From a candidate division WOR-3 bacterium (GTDB lineage: Bacteria; Hydrothermota; Tepidihabitantia; SM23-42; JAOAFX01), in the NCBI GenBank assembly GCA_037444665.1, contig JBBILZ010000066.1, positions 1 to 11,031 of the forward strand: a stretch of DNA of 11,031 nucleotides. The letters are read 5' to 3'. The first letter of the stretch is position 1. Every line of letters starts with the position of its first letter. The notes beneath the pieces were generated by a model. That model saw only the letters and a list, made by a program, of their open reading frames with translations, did no database searches and was not told the origin of the DNA. The translations under genes were made by a program, and so were the position numbers. Shown in pieces: positions 6,313 to 11,031 of the stretch.

Positions 6313-7101
6313 ATGCAAAATAAGATTATAATAGCGGGTAAAGGACTCAATGGCGGATATGCGCGGGTTGAAATATCTCCCGCAGAAAAATTTATTTTTC
6401 ATCAACATAATAATGGTAAAAAAAATGTGGTTTCGTTAAAACCAGATAATATTTTCGTGGAAAATCATACCATCGTAATCGGACCAAAAAAAGAAATAAA
6501 GGTGGTTGAACATTTTTTTTCTGCACTTTATGGTCTGAATATTTTCAATGTCAAAATTGACCTTTTTGGTAATGAACTACCTTTTTTTGACGGCTCAAGC
6601 CTGGACTTTGTAAAATCATTGATTGAGTATAGGTTAAATAAAGATATTAAGACCGTAAAATTGGACAGGGAAATTTTTGTCCAGGAAGGAGAATCATTTA
6701 TTCACTATGAACCATTAGATAAAGGATTATTCATTGATATGGAACTCACTCATCCGTTTATACAAAAACAGCATATTGGGTTAAACATTAACCAGGAAAA
6801 TTATATAAAAAAGATTGCTCCGGCAAGAACATTTGTCTTTACCGATGAATCTGACCCCCGGCTGAAAGATCTACCACCCTATGGTATCGGTATTACGGAA
6901 AAAGGTATCTACTGCAATGAACCTTTAAGATTTCCTGATGAACCAGTAAGACATAAAATCCTGGATTTACTTGGAGATTTATATTTTTTACAAAAAAGAC
7001 TCAGCGGTAAAATAAAAGCATGCAATACTTTTCATAGACTCAACCTTAAATTTTTGGCTCGGATTTTAACAACTTATAACTCACATAACCGAAAAATCTG
7101 A
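6313..7101 (+). CDS. lpxC: UDP-3-O-acyl-N-acetylglucosamine deacetylase (divergent)
   Basis: Motifs VEH, ELP.FDGSS, IAPARTF, LRFPDEPVRHKILDLLGDL (HKxLD zinc motif) and the downstream catalytic His (NTFH). The start is re-called at ATG 6313, 1 nt after the lpxD stop, instead of the overlapping TTG at 6286; 262 aa. Confidence 0.88.
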   Translation: MQNKIIIAGKGLNGGYARVEISPAEKFIFHQHNNGKKNVVSLKPDNIFVENHTIVIGPKKEIKVVEHFFSALYGLNIFNVKIDLFGNELPFFDGSSLDFVKSLIEYRLNKDIKTVKLDREIFVQEGESFIHYEPLDKGLFIDMELTHPFIQKQHIGLNINQENYIKKIAPARTFVFTDESDPRLKDLPPYGIGITEKGIYCNEPLRFPDEPVRHKILDLLGDLYFLQKRLSGKIKACNTFHRLNLKFLARILTTYNSHNRKI

Positions 7102-7132
7102 AAATCTAAATTATGCAGCTCTCTGACTTTAA

Positions 7133-7450
7133 TTATTTTATTCTGCGGAATGCGTTATATATTGCATAAATAATAATAATGGCAGCAAATATCCAGAACC
7201 AGTATGGCACATTATGACCAAATATTGCTACATAGACAAATGGTGCAATTATTGTTATTCCAAGAATCACCCCAAAAATTCTCACCTGGGTAATATTTTT
7301 ATTCTTTAAGCCGGTAATGATTTTGTATATAGAGAACCAGAAAAATGGTGCACCACCAAAATAGATTATGGCAAAGATAATCGGATTTACACCATAATCC
7401 TGATGTATCTTCACCAGCCAGGTTTTTAAGTAACTTATCAAATAAGCCAT
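7133..7450 (-). CDS. Hypothetical small membrane protein (about 3 TM helices)
   Basis: 105 aa with three hydrophobic segments and a basic C-terminus. Starts 8 nt after the ALDH stop, so it is probably co-transcribed. Confidence 0.75.
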   Translation of the reverse strand: MAYLISYLKTWLVKIHQDYGVNPIIFAIIYFGGAPFFWFSIYKIITGLKNKNITQVRIFGVILGITIIAPFVYVAIFGHNVPYWFWIFAAIIIIYAIYNAFRRIK

Positions 7451-7458
7451 TGTAAAAG

Positions 7459-8871
7459 TTAAGACTCAATCTGGTCAAAGATAATCAACTTCTCCTCAGT
7501 CATCTCCTTTATCGCAAAATATGGCCCTTCACGACCAATACCACTGCCTTTCATCCCACCGTAGGGCATATTATCAACACGAAAAGTGGGCATCTCATTT
7601 ATTAATACACCACCCGTTTCAATCATATCAGCACATTTTAAAGCATTATTTATATCATACGTAAAGATACCGGTCTGTAAACCATATTTTGTATTATTCA
7701 CCTTTTCAATCACTTCATCAATAGCGCGGAAAATGTTCACTGCCACAATCGGAGCAAAAGCCTCCTCCTGTATTACCAGAGAATTCTCTTCAACATTGAA
7801 TATAATCGTGGGCAAAAATATTGTTCCCTGCCTTGAACCCCCAAGAATTAACAAACCCTTGTGTCTCTTTGCATCTGCCACAAACTCCTCTGCCTTTTTG
7901 AGTGCACCCTCATCAATCATCGGTCCCATTTCAGTATCTTCAAGTATTGGGTCGCCATATTTTATCTGTCCAACTTCCAATGATAATTCCCTCAAGAATT
8001 CATCGGCAATCTCCTCTTCTACATAAACCCGCTGAATTGAGATACACACCTGTCCGGCAAGTGTATAACCACCCCTACGAATCTTCTTTGCTACAAGTTT
8101 TAATGGCGCATCTTTGAATACTACAACTGCAGAGTTTGAACCTAATTCCATGGTCACCTTCTTCATTCCACAGTTTGCCATAATTGTTTCGCCCACTTCC
8201 AAAGAGCCGGTAAAACTGATCTTTCTTATTGCGGATGATTTTACGAGTGCCATACCCACAATAGCACCTGAACCTACGAGCACTGAAATCCCCTCTAAGG
8301 GTAGCCCCGCCTCAATGAGTGCTTCAGCGAGCATAATGCCTGATAATGGGGTCTTTGTTGCTGGCTTGTGAATAACTGCATTGCCTGCTGCAATTGCTGG
8401 GCCAATCTTGTGGCAACTCAGATTCAATGGAAAATTGAACGGGGATATTGCAAGCACCACACCCAGCGGGACGCGTATATAAAATCCAATCTTTTTTGAT
8501 GAACCACCAAGGTCAAAGCGGACAGTCTCGCCTTTTAACTCAATTGCTGCAATACTGGAAAGTTTAATAGTATTTATTGCCCTATCTACTTCGGTCCGCG
8601 CCTCATTTATCGTTTTGCCGACCTCGAGGCAGATCGTTCTGGCAAATGCCTCTTTTTTATCAGCGATAATCTGCGCAGTCTTTTCAAGAATCTTTGCCCT
8701 CTGTCCGGCTGGCATCTCTTTTAGAATCTTAAAGCCTTTCTGCGCGATCTCAATTGCTTGAGCAACATCCTTTTCATCACTCATGCCTATTTCCTCAACC
8801 AGTTGATTATTATATGGATTGAGTACTTTTACAGTCTTATCTCTGATAATTCTTTTTCCTTGAATGAACAT
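7459..8871 (-). CDS. NAD(P)-dependent aldehyde dehydrogenase (lactaldehyde dehydrogenase/GAPN-like group; substrate unknown)
   Basis: 470 aa with ISPFNFPLNL, KPATKTP, FTGS, MELGSN (catalytic Glu), AGQVCIS (catalytic Cys), EEAFAP, YGLQ.GIFT and RVDNMPYGGMKGSGIGREG. Confidence 0.93.
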   Translation of the reverse strand: MFIQGKRIIRDKTVKVLNPYNNQLVEEIGMSDEKDVAQAIEIAQKGFKILKEMPAGQRAKILEKTAQIIADKKEAFARTICLEVGKTINEARTEVDRAINTIKLSSIAAIELKGETVRFDLGGSSKKIGFYIRVPLGVVLAISPFNFPLNLSCHKIGPAIAAGNAVIHKPATKTPLSGIMLAEALIEAGLPLEGISVLVGSGAIVGMALVKSSAIRKISFTGSLEVGETIMANCGMKKVTMELGSNSAVVVFKDAPLKLVAKKIRRGGYTLAGQVCISIQRVYVEEEIADEFLRELSLEVGQIKYGDPILEDTEMGPMIDEGALKKAEEFVADAKRHKGLLILGGSRQGTIFLPTIIFNVEENSLVIQEEAFAPIVAVNIFRAIDEVIEKVNNTKYGLQTGIFTYDINNALKCADMIETGGVLINEMPTFRVDNMPYGGMKGSGIGREGPYFAIKEMTEEKLIIFDQIES

Positions 8872-8876
8872 GAGAT

Positions 8877-8904
8877 ATTATATAAATATTATGTCGGTTG
8901 TAAA
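8877..8904 (-). promoter_or_regulatory. Putative sigma70-type promoter of the ALDH gene (leaderless-type)
   Basis: Minus strand reads TTTACA (8904-8899), 16 nt, TATAAT (8882-8877), 5 nt, ATG (8871). No SD sequence. Confidence 0.65.
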
Positions 8905-8921
8905 GAAAAAAATTTTGTTTA

Positions 8922-8944
8922 TGCCCGATGAATCGGGCAACTAC
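8922..8944 (-). repeat. REP-like palindrome with GTAG foot
   Basis: Minus strand reads GTAG-T-TGCCCGAT-TC-ATCGGGCA. This is a perfect 8-bp GC-rich inverted repeat (8922-8929 / 8932-8939) preceded by the GTAG tetranucleotide, in an AT-rich intergenic region. Confidence 0.6.
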
Positions 8945-9063
8945 AATGGGGGAACAATCCTCTTCTTCTATCCTCACACTTTAAGGATAAGGGCAAAGGT
9001 GGGGCACTGAAACCTAAAAAATCTAATGTTTAGTTCTTGCAAAAATAATGTGTTTGACTTTGT

Positions 9064-9327
9064 TTACAGTTTATACAACAAATATATCATCAAAAAAACA
9101 AAGACGACAGTGAGAATAGTAATATTAAAAAACAGACCAATAGATAAGGCAATAAAACCTAAATTGATGTGAACCGTGGAAAAGCCAATCTTCAAGGCAT
9201 TGAAAAAGAAACTTTTTACTGGTCCCTGGGGAAAGATACTTGCAAAAAAATATGAAAGTGCTGAACCGATTATCCCGCCAATTATTATTCCTAAAATTAT
9301 TGTCCTTACATTCCTTTTTGATGCCAT
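9064..9327 (-). CDS. Small membrane protein, DUF4321-like
   Basis: 87 aa from ATG 9327, preceded by SD AAGGAGG at 9338-9332. The pattern is a TM helix (IILGIIIGGIIGSAL), then IGF...HINLGFI.LSIG..FNI, then a C-terminal TM helix, resembling DUF4321 proteins. Confidence 0.7.
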   Translation of the reverse strand: MASKRNVRTIILGIIIGGIIGSALSYFFASIFPQGPVKSFFFNALKIGFSTVHINLGFIALSIGLFFNITILTVVFVFLMIYLLYKL

Positions 9328-9415
9328 AAGGCCTCCTTGATGCATCAAAGGTAAAACCAGAATTTCGTAGATATTAATATTGAGCTATTTAGATTTTTAA
9401 ATTTTTTATTCTTAA

Positions 9416-10414
9416 TCATTTCTTCTGCGCCTCTGTTATGATATTTATCCTCTCCCCACACTTAGCACAATTGTTATTTTTCAATCCCTTTATTAATGCC
9501 TTGAAATACATTCGTTCAATCAAGAGATTACCACATTTTGGACAATAGGTGTTAGAACCATCCTCACCGGGTACATTGCCCAGATAAACATATTTTAATC
9601 TTTTTCGTGCACTTTCGTATGCATTCAATAAAGTATCAATATTTGTTGGTGCTTTGGTATACTTATAATTGGGATAATAGCGCGAAAAATGGAGCGGAAT
9701 TTCAGGATTTATACCTGCTACATAATCAATGAGTTTATCAATATCTTCCATTTTATCATTCAGTCCAGTCACAATAAGATTTGTTATCTCAATATGGCAG
9801 GATTTGTGAGACAATTCTATTGTCCGCTTTACAGTTTCAAGGTCACCGCTGAGCTTCTTTTTATATACATCTGGATTGATTGTTTTCAGGTCAATATTCA
9901 TTGCATCAATTAACGGCAGAAGTTCACGTAGGGGTTCTTCGTTTATCATACCATTCGTAACCAAAACATTCTTACCGTTATTGTTGCGAATCAATTTAGT
10001 CGCATCTAGTAAATATTCAAACCACATCAATGGCTCAGTATAGGTATAAGATACACCAATTGAAGGATGCTCAAGGAAGATTTTCACGAGCATTTCTGGT
10101 GAGAGATATTCGGTCTTAACATCCATCTGAGAAATCTCCCAATTCTGACAAAATGGACAGTGCATATTGCAACTATTACAGGCAATAGAAAGAATCTGAG
10201 CACCGGGATAAAAATGGTATAATGGCTTCTTTTCTATGGGGTCTATGGCAATTGAAGTGGTCTCACCATAGTCAATTGCCCAGAGTTTATTATCCTGATT
10301 CATACGCGCCCGACAGATGCCTTTTTTTTCAGGCAGAATCTTGCACATATGGGGGCAGAGTTTGCATTGAAGATAACCTTGAAACTTTTCGTAGTATCGT
10401 GCCTCAACCTTCAT
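9416..10414 (-). CDS. amrS: AmmeMemoRadiSam-system radical SAM enzyme (PflA/activase-like)
   Basis: 332 aa. N-terminal CKLCPHMC...GICRAR and DPIEKKPLYHFYPG, radical SAM motif CNMHCPFC followed by QNWEISQ, YTYTEP, VTNG, NIDLK, PLHFSRYYP, YVYLGNV, and C-terminal CPKC...CAKC. Confidence 0.88.
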   Translation of the reverse strand: MKVEARYYEKFQGYLQCKLCPHMCKILPEKKGICRARMNQDNKLWAIDYGETTSIAIDPIEKKPLYHFYPGAQILSIACNSCNMHCPFCQNWEISQMDVKTEYLSPEMLVKIFLEHPSIGVSYTYTEPLMWFEYLLDATKLIRNNNGKNVLVTNGMINEEPLRELLPLIDAMNIDLKTINPDVYKKKLSGDLETVKRTIELSHKSCHIEITNLIVTGLNDKMEDIDKLIDYVAGINPEIPLHFSRYYPNYKYTKAPTNIDTLLNAYESARKRLKYVYLGNVPGEDGSNTYCPKCGNLLIERMYFKALIKGLKNNNCAKCGERINIITEAQKK

Positions 10415-11031
10415 TTACTTTCCAGCCTTTCAAGTCTGTTATCTTTTTCATAATATATTATACCCTTAATCCTCAGGGAGTCAAGAATTTTTTTACCCTG
10501 GTGTGCACCCATTACTGAAACAGCAGTAGCAATAGCATCGGCAAACGCAGTGCTTTGAGCAAAGATTGTCACTGATGCGAATTCCCTTGCTGGGTAACCG
10601 GTTCTCGGGTCAATTATATGGGCATACCTTATATTATTAATAACAAAAAATTTCTCATAATCTCCAGAGGTTGACAATGCATTATCATTCAATTCTACCT
10701 TTTCAATGATACCTTCACCCCGGGGATTTTTTATCCCTACAATCCATGGCTTTTTTCTAGGCGACATTCCCAGTCCATAGATCTCACCTGCAATGTTGAT
10801 GATGGCTGATTTTATACCGTATTTTTTAAAAATCTTTACAATCTGGTCTGCAGCAAAACCCTGGGCAATACCACCCAGGTCAATCTTCATATTTTCAGGA
10901 ATAATAATCGTATCGCCTTTTATTTTTATCTTCCTGTAGTCCACCAACTTTTTTGTTTGCTTTATCTCCTGTTTTGTCGGCACCCGTTTTTTATCGCTAT
11001 AAAATCCCCACAATTCAACCAAAGGTGCAAT
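10411..11031 (-). CDS. apbE: FAD:protein FMN transferase (5'-truncated by the window edge)
   Basis: The frame stays open to the window end (…IAPLVELWGF). Motifs DLGGIAQGF, GEI, PW.VGI.NPR, STSGDYEKFF, YAHIIDPRTGYP and ADAIATA. ATGA overlap with the amrS start. Confidence 0.92.
   Translation of the reverse strand: MAPLVELWGFYSDKKRVPTKQEIKQTKKLVDYRKIKIKGDTIIIPENMKIDLGGIAQGFAADQIVKIFKKYGIKSAIINIAGEIYGLGMSPRKKPWIVGIKNPRGEGIIEKVELNDNALSTSGDYEKFFVINNIRYAHIIDPRTGYPAREFASVTIFAQSTAFADAIATAVSVMGAHQGKKILDSLRIKGIIYYEKDNRLERLESK

Noticed and set aside
2586..6408. Alternative-frame or antisense ORFs at 2586-2831, 3497-3769, 3986-4249, 4840-5043 and 6121-6408
   Set aside because: They are nested in well-supported genes, with no SD or family features.
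4127..8871. ALDH and PdxA as a joint vitamin B6 or four-carbon sugar acid pathway
   Set aside because: They are in separate transcription units with lpxD-lpxC between them, and no kinase or pdxJ is in view; there is no supporting evidence.
9328..9348. Upstream start for the DUF4321-like ORF
   Set aside because: The extension contains the AAGGAGG SD that serves ATG 9327.
7093..9397. Recurrent AAAATCTAA in intergenic gaps (7101-7109, 9018-9026, reverse at 9389-9397)
   Set aside because: Short and low complexity in AT-rich DNA, with no consistent position relative to promoters; probably chance.
7586..10518. Plus-strand ORFs at 7586-8026, 7902-8117, 8114-8371, 9689-9913 and 10222-10518
   Set aside because: They are antisense shadows of ALDH, amrS and apbE with no recognisable motifs.
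10861..10863. ApbE IAKG motif reads IAQG
   Set aside because: This position varies among ApbE homologues to my knowledge, and the catalytic His and the STSGDY and AD..AT motifs are intact.

Overview
AT-rich, gene-dense bacterial chromosomal segment. The lpxD, lpxC and lipoprotein genes point to a diderm (Gram-negative-type) host, possibly an uncultured lineage; taxonomy cannot be fixed from the sequence alone. It holds 12 CDS in about five probable transcription units. These are an EF-G paralogue (EF-G2 type) with lgt (+); an S4/RqcP-like gene, pdxA-like gene and TPR/TolB-like lipoprotein (-); lpxD-lpxC (+); an aldehyde dehydrogenase with a small membrane protein (-); and a partial apbE with an AmmeMemoRadiSam-type radical SAM gene and a DUF4321-like gene (-). 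I saw no RNA gene, CRISPR array, transposase or phage gene, and the content is mostly housekeeping. Five things deserve a second look. (1) Three of four recognisable sigma70-type promoters sit directly on SD-less start codons, suggesting leaderless mRNAs. (2) The EF-G paralogue has altered guanine-specificity motifs (G4 NKxD to NKLK, G5 GSA to GES). (3) LpxC has a remodelled acyl-tunnel insert and forms a two-gene unit with an LpxD that has a small residue at the chain-length ruler position. (4) A lone GTAG-type REP-like palindrome lies between genes. (5) The PdxA has an altered C-terminal signature. All family assignments come from motif recognition, not database searches.
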